Shown here one piece after another: positions 44,001-56,081 of a stretch of DNA of 64,000 nucleotides. Made by a program: the position numbers and the translations under genes. Within the stretch, counting starts at the first letter, position 1; each line of letters opens with the position of its first letter. Source of the stretch: Eledone cirrhosa (Eukaryota). Below the pieces are notes generated by a model. The model did no database searches, was not told the DNA's origin, and saw nothing but the letters and a program-made list of their open reading frames with translations. Location: positions 327,670,001 to 327,734,000 of the forward strand of contig OZ024740.1 of the NCBI GenBank assembly GCA_964016885.1. The letters run 5' to 3'.

Positions 44001-44330
44001 TGTTGTTACTTTTGTTTTTATTTTTGTTTTTGAGGCTCCAACGTAATTTTGTAAATTATTTTTCTATTTCTTACAAACATCTAATCATATTTACCTTCTT
44101 GAATGTCGCATACTTAGGTGGCAGTTGTAATACAGATAATTCATCAGAGTCGACCGTATATATTTGTGTTGTTGTTGTTGAACTCATCTGTTAATGAGAT
44201 GTCGGCCATATTTATACCGTCAATTTTGTCGGGATATCTATTGGTATTCTCTAAAGTATCTTTAGAGAATAGTTTTATCTGTTTAATCTGTATTTTTATC
44301 TGTATCTTTAGAGATTTAGTTTTATCTGTT
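41073..44330 (-). pseudogene. Near-full-length PLE N-terminal/RT/GIY-YIG ORF with several stops and frameshifts
   Basis: RT and endonuclease motifs as in copies 1 and 2; N-terminal remnants YPDKIDGINMAD..., DELSVLQLPPKYATF...EIEK.FTKLRW and YNPSDKSFDLQRVHATTLAFNKRTQLP. Confidence 0.88.
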
Positions 44331-44596
44331 TAAGCCACTTTAGTTTCTTGTTAAAGTGCTTATCACATTCTTGAACAATGTACTGTTCTTCAGGACGTAT
44401 AAGGTTTATAAATATTAGTTTTTCTCTTGGTGTGGTGATCTTAGTTATTTCTTGTATTAGGTTACGCTTATGTTTTTCTTGATGACTTAATTCTCTATAG
44501 ATCTTCTTTTTATGTTTAGAATTAGTGGTCGTTTTAGCCTATCTGCTTGGTTTTATTTTTATTTTTTTTTTGCTTTTTGGTGAACTGTAATCTTCT

Positions 44597-44647
<51 letters not shown>

Positions 44648-45699
44648 TTATTCCCCTTTTTCTAACGGCCCATTGTGAGGTGGTCATTTTAACGGCTTCA
44701 TTCATTCACCGGGCAGAAAGCGACACATCCACATCTACGTGGATTTATATCTAGTAGGTTTGGAAAAGCTATCTGAAGAGCTATATCTTTCCATTGGAAA
44801 TTCTCTGAATTTCCAATCTTTTGATTAGCGAAACCGTCGGTCATGGCACTAGAAGAGGTAAATATTTAAATCGTATTTTAATTTATTTAAAAGATTGTTT
44901 AATGTTTACTTGTTCCGCTCATATTTACAGTTCTGGTATCTCAAATTAGTACCATAGAACAACCACTATTATAGACACCATATATATTTCCGTGGGTACT
45001 TGAATATCTATATAATTTATCTCCATATATATTTCCGTGCCTACTTGAATATCTATATCATTTATCTGAATTCTCCTTAATGTTGAGAAAAAAATGTTGT
45101 ATCATGGTACTATTTCTAGTAACATGAAATATCAACGAGTCTATTATTCCCGGTTTTTTTAACGGCCCATTTGATTTTCACTTTTTAATAATATATCAGA
45201 CAACTGTGAGTGCAGAGCTGGAAAAATGCCACAAGGTCTTACAACCTAATGTCTCAGCCAGTTATTTCAACGTTAAAAATTCATAGATATCATGCTTGAA
45301 CCAATCGCAAACATGCGCCATACCAAATTCCAGTCTGGAATTTGCTGTCGAAACGGCAGGAGCTGAGCCATCGGGCCCCGACTCTCTAATATATTTACAC
45401 TCAACTATCCTATGTATCGAGTTCACTGCTGAATAATTTTGATCTACACACACACACTATAAATATCTATGTATATATATATATATATATATTAAAACAA
45501 TGAAATTAAACACAAAACTGTTAATTCATAGTAAAACTCATTATTTTACGATCGTTTCTGGGGGGTAGTTCCCTGCATGTTCATTCAATTATTGATCTAT
45601 GTAAAACATATTACAAAATATCATAGTAAGAAAAAATACATACGTTTTCACTACCTTCTATACATACCCAATATAATAAGAGGAAACCTTTTAGAAACC

Positions 45700-46700
45700 A
45701 TAAAAGAAATGTAACATGGTATAACGCTCCATTCAACTTGCAAACTATGGGCCAAATCCCTAAAAAAATGTTTACAATTCTCCATAAACATTTCCCACCT
45801 AACCACAAATACCATCAAATCTTAAACAGAAATACAGTAAAATTTTCTTACTCCACATCGAGAAATATAAAACAAAAAATAAGTGCATATAACATCTTTA
45901 AATGTAAAAAGGCTCCTTCTACACCACACACAATAGCACACCACACACAAGATAACTATGGTAATACTACAATGCGTAACCAGAATATTACTACATACCC
46001 ACCCGCTAGATCCGCTCACTCACCTCACCAACAGAATATAGCAAACTACAACCAACTACCATCTTCCTCATCCTTAATAGGGACCAAGATTTACGTACCC
46101 AATCTAACTAATAGAGTCCAAAACAACCATGATTCCATAAACCCTGTATCAAGTATTATTTCAACAACTAGCAACAATTCGGACGCAACCACCCTACCGT
46201 AAACCCTTCTCTCCCGAATAAAATGGTAAACACAAATACTAGCACTATTATTGAGAATATGGATAGCACATCTGAAACCCTATATGCAAACGGTTGTAAC
46301 TGTAGAATAAAAGATAATTGCCCCTTAAATGGAAATTGCTTATTTAATAATATAGTATATAAATGTGTAATCACCACTAAGGACTCTAATCAATCCTATA
46401 TAGGATCAACTTCTAATCCATTTAAATCGAGATTTTATGCACACACCCACAGTTTCAGAAACACAAAATTAGCTAATACCACTTCTTTAGCAGAAGCAGT
46501 TAATAATTGTAAAAAGAAGAATATTAAATATAACCTAACTTGGAGGATTCTGAAGAGAGCTATTTCTTATCAGGGCAATAGAAGGGAGTGCGGACTGTGT
46601 TCCCAAGAAATTTTAGAAATTACTAAATCGAAGGACACTATTAAATAAAAGACAGGAATTAATTTTAGTTTGTAACCATAAAATTAGGACATTCAAATAT
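45700..46700 (+). pseudogene. PLE RT-thumb/linker plus GIY-YIG endonuclease remnant
   Basis: RNVTWYNAPF...KHFPPNHKYHQILNRNTVKFSYS; CNCRIKDNCPLNGNCL..NIVYKC...YIGST...FK.RF..H..SF; WRIL.RA..Y....C.LC..E. Confidence 0.88.
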
Positions 46701-47231
46701 TATAAATAAAACTAAACTAATATAGAAAATGATATAAGTGTGAGTATATGTGTGTGTGCAAATGTGTATATCTGTGTATGTATATGTATGTATATGCATA
46801 AATGTATGCCTATATATAAACATGTGTGAGTGTACATGTCTATATATTTTTATATTATATTATATATTTTTAGAACAAATTATTCCTCACAACAAAGAAA
46901 TAACTAACTTTTTAAGATTGTTCTATTCCATTCTACTTGATGTAACACACTAATGTCAGTACCCCTACTCCTCCAACCGTAATCTTCTTTGACCATCAAC
47001 ACTTTTTTATATACAATATGTATAAATTCATTTACACTAGCAACTTTCATTTCTTTTCCTAAAAGACATTTGATACCTATTTATTCATCTACTTTGGCCT
47101 ATTTACTCATCTACTACCACAAACCTTAAGGATCTATACTGTCCCTTTCCATTCTTGACATTGGTCAATTTCAACCTGGTTATAAAACCTTACTTATTCA
47201 TATGTATATTTTTTTGTATTCTTCAATAAAC

Positions 47232-47380
47232 AAAACTCATTATTTCTGAAGACGGCGGGTAGTGAAGACGTATGTATTTTTTCTTACTATGATATTTTGT
47301 AATATGTTTTACATAGATCAATAATTGAATGAACATGCAGGGAACTACTCCCCAGAAACGATCGTAAAATAATGAGTTTT
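47232..47380 (+). ncRNA. Type I hammerhead ribozyme with 14-bp stem I and ~80-nt stem II insertion
   Basis: AAAACTCATTATTT-CTGAAGA-c-ggcgggtagt...actactcccc-a-GAAA-CGATCG-TA-AAATAATGAGTTTT; palindromic ACGATCGT; GUA at 47364-47366. Confidence 0.85.
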
Positions 47381-47552
47381 ACTATGAATTAACAGTTTTG
47401 TGTTTAATTTCATTTTTTTTTATATTTCTATTTTGACTGTATCCAATATCGTTGAAAATGTTTGTATTTTAAACTTTGCTTCCCGACATCTACATACGGA
47501 TTACATTGAGTTCTTCATACGGATTAGACCCTACCATTGAGTGGTAGATTTA

Positions 47553-47635
<83 letters not shown>

Positions 47636-48320
47636 CTATTCCTTATTCTGTTCATAAAGCAATGGGCCATATATTAGTCGTTAATAGTGGTGGTGAGACA
47701 TAAATATTTGCCAAAATGTTATCATCGCAGTTAACAGTGTGGTATACATGTGGGTATATATGTGTATGTGTGCAAGTTGATGTCATTGTCCAATACAAGA
47801 TAGCGCTATCTGGATAGAAATATTGAATTATAAAAAGCCTTGGGAATATTGGATATCAAAAGCTGCGTATATAAATATAATGTACCGGTGATTTTATTAA
47901 CATGCCAATATATATGACAGGTTACATTCGCAGATATCAAAGGGAGATTCGCCTTGAGATCTTACGATAGAATATCCTTGAAAATTCTTCATATTTAGCT
48001 CTATATTTAATTGCAAGTGATACTAGTTGACTATGATCATTCATCAAAATACAAATATTCATATCTTTGTTATGGAATATTTAGATTACAGCGTGGATTC
48101 TGGGTTAAGTTGCATGGAAAGTACTTTTGTGAATCTGACCTTATATACTTTTCTTTTGACTCCATTTATGAGATAGAGCTAGCATAATACATAGATGATA
48201 CAGCACCACTACAGGTAATGTTGAGATCGCCTCAATAATTACTCATACTAGCATGAAACCTTATATTTGTATCATCTAAGTAGATTCTAATTTATATTTC
48301 ACTTATCTCCTCTCGTGTAT

Positions 48321-48396
<76 letters not shown>

Positions 48397-48439
48397 CATT
48401 ATCTTTCCCTTTCTTTCCATTAGCGCATTGTAAACATAA

Positions 48440-48822
48440 TAATGGTTTCTGATTTAGGCCTCCAATTTTGTGGGGGTGAGGGAAAGTCGATTAAATCGAC
48501 CCCAGTGCATTACTGGTACTTTATTTTATCGACCACGTAAGGATGAAAAGCAAAGCTAACCTCGACGGGATTTGAACTCAGAACGTAAAGGGACGTCACT
48601 ACATGCCGCAAAGCATGTCCGATGCTCTACCAATACTGCTAATCTAGGTTGGGAACATAATGACGTCTAATTTAGGGATAAGGGTAACAATTTTGGTGGG
48701 AAGGGAAAGACGAACATATACACCCAGTGCTTGACTGATCCTTTATTTTATCGACCTCGAAATTTGACGTTGGTGGGATTTGATCTCAGAAAATATAAAC
48801 CCCGAACAAATACTGCTAAGCA
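48440..48822 (-). mobile_element. Two octopus-type SINE copies (~48440-48645 and a decayed one at ~48665-48822)
   Basis: Reverse complement of the 3633-4443 family. Confidence 0.8.
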
Positions 48823-48825
48823 TAA

Positions 48826-49425
48826 GAATTGGTGGGAGCATCAACTACCTCCCCTACTTGAAAAAGATCACATCGCAATCTTGTGGAACTTTAGCATCCA
48901 AACAGACCGAAAAATAGATGCAAATAGACCTGATATAATACTGAAGGACTTTAAAAAGAGGGTATGCCTGCTAATTGATATGTCCGTTCCAATAGACAAG
49001 AATGTATCTATAAAAACATTTGAAAAATTGAGCAAGTATAAGGACCTGGAGATAGAAATTGGAAAAATGTGGAAATTGAGAACTAAAACAATACCAGTGG
49101 TTGTGGGCGCTCTAGGAATGATACCTAAGGGGTCTAATGATTACTTATCTCAAATCCCAGGAAACCTGCGTATAGGAGAAATACAAAAGATAGTACTAAT
49201 GGGAACTACCCATATACTAAGGAAGATTCTGTCAATATAAGTACATCACAAGTCTAAACACCTAAAGATGCATGTGTGAGTATGTTTGTTCTTTCTTGAA
49301 CATGGTGGACCTTGTTGTCTCTTGAGGTTATTGGTTGTGACTTGGTGATAACTCGTATGAACATAAAGCAAGATAAATGCAGCTGTAATAATAATAATAA
49401 TAATAATAATAGTAATAATAATAAT
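48826..49425 (+). mobile_element. 5'-truncated R4/Dong-like LINE: restriction-like endonuclease domain, 3' UTR and (TAA)n tail
   Basis: ILWNFSIQTDRKIDANRPDIIL.D....CLLIDMSVP.D.N...K..EKLSKYKDLEIEI.KMW...TIPVVVGALG (PD-D/ExK type RLE); stop at 49240; (TAA)n at 49387-49425. Confidence 0.9.
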
Positions 49426-50876
49426 GCTTTCTTTATTAAACACAAGGGTTTACATAAAGTAGACATTAAGGACAGTACAGGACAATACAGGACGGTACAA
49501 ATGGGCATTTCTGCGTGTAAAAAAAACAGAGGATGTAATAAAAAATAACAATGAAAAATTCCCCAATAGGGGGGAGACTTCCGAAGGGCATTTGTGGAGA
49601 AAGCCCATTAAAAGGCCACAGTGACCCTGACCACCAGGGCAAGTGCCCTCTCCCAGTTTTCCACCTTTAATTTACAGACACATACTCAGAGTAGGCCCAT
49701 TCACTCGGGCCATACTTGCTTCTCTCACCCATCTTTCAACAAAATGCTGGGAAGAGAGCACTTCCCTCTCTACCCTGATTTTCCTTTCAGATGAAATTTG
49801 AAAAAGTTAATCAGGGCATCACCGAAGAGGTAAGTTCACGTCTTCAGCCCTTTCAAACGTGTCCACCATACTATCTCTTTCGCCATGGCCACCAGACAGA
49901 TAAAAACTGCCTGCCCTTCCCGGCTAAAAGAAGAGGGCGGGGCAATCCTCACGATGGACTCAGCTGATAGCTGGATCCGTCCTACACGTGACAGCAGGTG
50001 TTCGACATAAACCCACAAGTCAGCAATGCTCGGACACTGGACGTTTGTGTTAATCGTCCGATAAGACACGGTGCATAGGCGCCGATGCTCCATTTTATTA
50101 GGTGGGGGGGTGAAGCTGACCCTGTACCCATCTTTCTTTACCATTCTCTTGGCTTCATTTAATTCATCCTGAGTTACCTCGATTTTTTCGCTTTTCTTGG
50201 CTGCTTTGGCAAACGACACATTTGCGGTGGTGTTGATGCTTTTGTTGTTATTCTCATTGCTGTTGTTGCTGTTGTTGTTATTGTTATTTTTAGTTTCAGT
50301 TGTGGTGGAGGTGGTGGTGGTGTCAGTGGTGTTCGGCGTGGAAGAGTTGATTCTAGGTGAATCCATTTTGATGTCACGAGATAATAATTTATTTTGGGGG
50401 GTTTCTGTTGTCACTGTGGTGGTGGTATCAGTGGTGTTCGTTGTTGTTTTTGACATTGTGGTGGTGGGAGTGGCGGCTTTAACACCTGCAGTTATTGGTA
50501 ATGGCGGGAAATTCATGTCTTTATGCGGCAATTCTAAATAATTCAGACTGCAATTAATTATATTTTCAGTGGGAACCGTGGCAAGGCATACAATGGTGTT
50601 GGTGTTGGTGGTGGTGGAGGAGGGGTGTTGGTCTGTTAAAAACAGTAAATTTGTCGTCCATGTTTTTTTTTCAAAGAAATATTTTGTTTGATAAATAAAA
50701 AGTTTACGTTTTGGGCTCAAGGCCCCAATATTTTTTTGTGTCCTTTTCAGAAGGCAATATAAGTGAACTTATAAACACTTAACAACAAAGATTTTCCATA
50801 ACTGGTAATTTGAAACAACTGAAAACAACAAACCTTTGCAGAGCTCACGATAATACGATTTCCTACGTATGTCGCC
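49426..50876 (-). mobile_element. Internally deleted Tx1/L1-like LINE (5' UTR and ORF1 start joined to ORF2 3' end) inserted in (TAA)n
   Basis: ORF 49836-50720: Thr/Asn-rich region and SFAKAAKK motif join at ~50043 to VQCPSIADLW...AKEIVWWTR, continuing past a stop as FFKFHLKRKIRVER...FVERW; AATAAA near the 3' end; (TAA)n on both sides. Confidence 0.7.
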
Positions 50877-50944
50877 AATAATAATAATAATAATGGTTTC
50901 TTTATTTATTTATAATAATAATAATAATAATAATAATATCAATG

Positions 50945-51355
50945 GTCCCTGATTTAGGCACAAGGCCAACAATTTTGGTGGCAGTGAAAAGTCGATTAAA
51001 TCAACCCCAGTGCATTACTGGTGCTTTATTTTATCGACCCCGTAAGGATGAAAGATAAAGCTACCCTCGGCGGGATTTTAAATCAGAACGTAAAGGGACA
51101 TAACTATGTCGCTAAGCATGTTATCCGACGCTCTACCTATTCTGTCAATCCACCCTCATAAACAAAATAATTGTTTCTACTTTAGGCACAAGGCCAGCAA
51201 TTACCCAGTGCATTACTGGTACTTTATTTTATCGACCCCGTAAGGATGAAAGGCAAAGTCAACCTCGGCGGGATTTGAACTCAGATCGTAAAGGGACGTA
51301 ACTATGCTGGAAAGCATGGCATCCGACCCTCTACTGATACTGCCAATCCACCGCC
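50945..51355 (-). mobile_element. Two tandem octopus-type SINEs; the second (51172-51355) has a 15-bp target-site duplication
   Basis: cataaacaaaataat at 51157-51171 and 51356-51370. Confidence 0.85.
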
Positions 51356-51519
51356 CATAAACAAAATAATAATACAAAAACATTAATAGAAATTACAAAT
51401 ATATACAACATACAGAAAACAGCACTACTAGGCTCTGCACATACCCAAATCACACGCGGGCGTGCTCGGTAATGTAGTGACAGCACGCAATGAAAATAAT
51501 GATAAGGATAAGGATAAAT

Positions 51520-51720
51520 CATCTAGATATTATTGTCAAAGTCATTCAAGAGAAGAATTTTCTTCTAACGGACCAGTTAAATCCAGCAGACTACAATATA
51601 ATTCCTTAACCTTAACAAAAAGATAGGGGAAACTAGAGATATGTAAATATTTGGAAAGAGAAATAGCTAGAATGTGGATATTGAAAACAGAAGCAATCCC
51701 CATTATAATAAAATCATTCA
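51520..51720 (+). pseudogene. Decayed R4/Dong-like endonuclease fragment
   Basis: KYLEREIARMWILKTEAIPIII parallels KYKDLEIEIGKMWKLRTKTIPVVV at ~49030-49105. Confidence 0.55.
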
Positions 51721-52978
51721 ATGACCGTGAAAGGTTTATACACTCTCCTGTCATCTTAAAGTCACGTAGGTTGTAGGCAAGTAAAAGTGCCTACAACTCA
51801 TGTGGCAACACTTCCCTCTTTTACACAATTTCTGCTCAGTAGAATATTCTACATTCCTCGCGGTAACTAAACCTACGAACACTTTTATTGAATACTTGTT
51901 GCCATCACAGTTCATTACTAGTTTCCTTGCATTTCAGTTCCTTTGCATCTTTGGAAATGATGTTTAAAGTATGAAGGCAAATACGTAATGAAAACCCACA
52001 GGGCTTACACCTACTACATACAGCAAATAGCACTAACAGTTATGAAACGAAAGTACACAATAAAAATATAACTACTGAAAAATAAAATTACTGAATTAAT
52101 AAAACTACTGAAATATCAATGTTGACTTAGTCATATTATTTGGTGGAATCGAAAAGCAAATAACCCAGAACCTAGTGAACCTAAAGCAATAAATGCTTAT
52201 ACAAAGGATATTAAAGTAACGTTATATAAAAATATAAACGTAATTCTGATTATTCAAGTAAGAAACGTTAAGTTTGCTCTAAAATAAACAACATCAACGA
52301 GTAACTCTTATAAACTGTATGTCCAGTTATAACAACACGTAGAAAATATTTCTGAAATATCTAAAAGAAAATATATTAATCTATACAGTAGTGGTTGTCA
52401 TGTTAAAATTATTGCATACGCCTTTAAGAAAATATATCAGCTTCTCTCTGAATCAAAAGATATAGAAAAAATATGGGAGCTGTCAATATTAAGTGACATA
52501 CACAAAGAAGATTTACAGATTTGAATTGGCAAAAATGTATTACAATATTCTAAAAAATATAATATTAAGGAGAAAACCTTTTGGATATAAAATATAAAAC
52601 AAATCAAACTAAAATTAATCCCCTAAATTAAAAAAACATAAACGTCTGTTTAAACCGAAATGAATATTTAGAGAATAGATAGATTATTATACAGGAAACA
52701 GATCCTAACATGGAGGTTGGAACGTATAACTATTTAGAAAGATATAGAAAATATGCTGGACTGACGAGCCATAGGCCTACCTGGTGTTGGATGAAGATAG
52801 ACATTTTTAATCGATTAAAAGAGAATAATCAAGTGATTGAATTAATTAAATTATTAATTTACTGAACGCTTGGAAATTTTCAAGAATCTTGTGAATTGAA
52901 TTTGTAGTTAAAGAATTTAGAATACAATTTTCTTAAAGAGAGGTTAACATTAACTAGAAATAATTGTTTCTCCAGAAA

Positions 52979-53290
52979 TAATTGTTTCTACTTTAGGCAC
53001 AAGGCCAGCAATCACCCAGTGCATTACTGGTACTTTATTTTATCGACCCCGTAAGGATGAAAGGCAAAGTCAACCTCGGCGGGATTTGAACTCGGATCGT
53101 AAAGGGACGTAACTATGCTGGAAAGCATGGCGCCCGACCCTCTACCGATACTGCCAATCCAATGATTTCTACTTTAGACACAAGGCCAACAATTTAGGGG
53201 AGGGGAAAGTCGATTAAATCGACCCTAGTGTGTGACTGGTACTTTATTTTATCGACCCCGTAAGGATGAAAGGCAAAGCTAACTTCGGAT
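52979..53290 (-). mobile_element. Two tandem octopus-type SINEs
   Basis: Same family as 3633-4443, reverse orientation. Confidence 0.85.
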
Positions 53291-53543
53291 TAATTCAAGA
53301 CAGCTTCTGCGTTGTCGCTCAATTTGTTAGAAATAGTAAACAAATCTGCCTTAAATCACGATCAATTGCGTAAAAATGAAATGGCATATTTTATATCGCA
53401 ATGAAATGTGGGCCTGGATACACTATACCAGAAAAAAAAATCGGAGTTATCACGATTGGAACATAGATCTGCTCAATTGAAGCCTATCTGACTATCAAAA
53501 GATATCTGATGGTGCTCTTCGGATATTTAAGAAAACAAACCAT

Positions 53544-54220
53544 ATATAATATAAAACGAAAAATCAGTGATGCATCTGAACTCAATTTATTGTGTGTTAC
53601 AATTGTTTCATAGGCCGACAGCTCGAGACACGATCATTGTGTGGATCTGTCTGATTCTGGATTTGCAGGTTCGTCGAACACTTCTAATAACTTCGGATCA
53701 AATTTTCTCACTGGGGTGTTAGCGTAAAAAAAAACATCCTTTTCGCTCGTCCTGCTATTGGCTGTTGTTTTTCTACGTCATCATAAATTTTGACCTACAG
53801 GTACTGTCAAACTGACCATCAGCTGTCCTTTTTCCTGCCACACTTCAATGAATCCATGCTGGGTTTGGTAGTTCACACGTCCATGCGCGCACTCGCACAT
53901 ATATATGTATACACACACCCACATACACACACATACACACGCACACAATCATATAAACAACATCCGTACGCATATACTCCCGCTATACATACGCACACAA
54001 AGAGAACCCATAAAACTATAGACATTCGAGTCCACAGACGCCTGCCTACATGCCCACGTACATTAGCTCACACACACACACGCACACACACACATGCATA
54101 CGCGTATATCTACTCGTATACACAAACACGTACAGACATATACATAGACACGCATACGCACATACACACACGTGTCCATATACCCAGGCACAAAAACAGA
54201 CTCGCTCGCAAATACACATA

Positions 54221-54252
<32 letters not shown>

Positions 54253-54568
54253 CATATATATACACACACAAATAAGCCCTTACCCTACAGTGGGTGCACG
54301 TACACACACATACACACACTGGCTCATATACACTCTTACAAATATGCGCCTATTACCTACAGGGCCACGCACGTCTACAAAGATACATACATACATACAT
54401 ACATACATATATCTGTCTATACACAAATATGATATACACACAAAGTCATATAAAGCTACACAATGGGTTATACAAAGGGTCATACATGAAAGGATGCATC
54501 TTGTTATACACATGCAGAAATATAAACAATATAACCATATACATACATCCATACACATACATACATAC

Positions 54569-54609
<41 letters not shown>

Positions 54610-55543
54610 TATGTACATACACACACATGCATACGCATATATAAAAATATACATATAAAGGGTCATACATTAAAGGATGTATCTTTTAGTAAACATGCAC
54701 ATATATAAACAATATAACCATATACATACATCCATACACATTCATACTCACTTACTTTAATTTTCAGCTGTTTGCTGAAAATTAAAGTAAGTGAGTCTGT
54801 CACTACTCTAAAACAATAGCATAAGGTCTTCGAAATGCTTTTAATTAAGCATACAGTGTATTGCAAAATACACTGTATATACATTCATATATATATATGT
54901 ATGTATGTATGTATGTGTATGGATGTATGTATATGGTTATATTGTTTATATTTCTGCATGTGTATAACAAGATACATCCTTTCATGTATGACCCTTTGTA
55001 TAACCCATTGTGTAGCTTTATATGACTTTACATGTATATCATATTTGTGTATAGACAGATATATGTATGTATGTATGTATGTATGTATCTTTGTAGACGT
55101 GCGTGGGCCTGTAGGTAATAGGCGCATATTTGTAAGAGTGTATATGAGTCAGTGTGTGTGTACGTGCACCTACTGTAGGGTAAGGGCTTGTTTGTGTGTG
55201 TATATATATGTATATATATATATACACACATATATATGTGTGTTTGCGAGCGAGTCTGTTTTTGTGCCTGTATATATGGACACGTGTGTGTATGTGCGTG
55301 TGCGTGTCTATGTATATGTCTGTACGTGTGTGTGTATACGAGTAGATATACGCGTATGCATGTGTGTGCGTTTGTGTGTGTCTGTGTGAGTTAATGTACG
55401 TGGACATGTAGGCAGGCGTCTGTGGACGCGTATGTCTATAGTTTTATGGGTTCTCTTTGGGTGCGTATGTATTGCGGGAGTATATGCGTACGGATGTTGT
55501 TATTTATATGATTGTGTGTATGTGTGTGTGTGGGGGGGGGGGG

Positions 55544-55593
<50 letters not shown>

Positions 55594-55991
55594 GACGTGT
55601 GACCTACCAAACCCAGCAGGGATTCATTGAAGTGTGGCAGGAAAAAGGACAGCTGATGGTCAGTTTGACAGTACCTGTTGGTCAAAATTTATGATGACGT
55701 AGAAAAACAACAGCCAATAGCAGGACGAGCGATTTTTTTTACGCTAACACCCCAGTGAGAAAATTTGATCCGAAGTTATTAGAAGTGTTCGACGAACCTG
55801 CAAATCCAGAATCAGACAGATCCACACAATGATCGTGTCTCGAGCTGTCGGCCTATGAAACAATTGTAACACACAATAAATTGAGTTCAGATGCATCACT
55901 GATTTTTCGTTTTATATTATATCACACTCTGCTCTGTAAAAACTTAGAGTGCTCAACCGGCATACCGCCTATGGAAGCTTCTTAGCTACCA

Positions 55992-55992
<1 letters not shown>
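53544..55992. mobile_element. ~1-kb-arm inverted repeat (53544-~54575 and ~54886-55922) with a one-sided tail (55923-55992); probable PLE 3' UTR/pLTR inversion
   Basis: Arms are reverse-complementary, including a degenerate CA/TA tract; tail shared with 16095-16220; GAAA-CAATTG-TA half-hammerhead at ~55857-55872. Confidence 0.8.

Positions 55993-56081
<89 letters not shown>

Larger units (their letters stand above)
45499..47555 (+). mobile_element. 5'-truncated Penelope-like element of a different type, with inverted pLTR (45499-45655 vs 47258-47414) and tail
   Basis: Inverted arms, internal PLE coding remnants, hammerhead in the 3' pLTR, (TA)n flanks. Confidence 0.85.
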
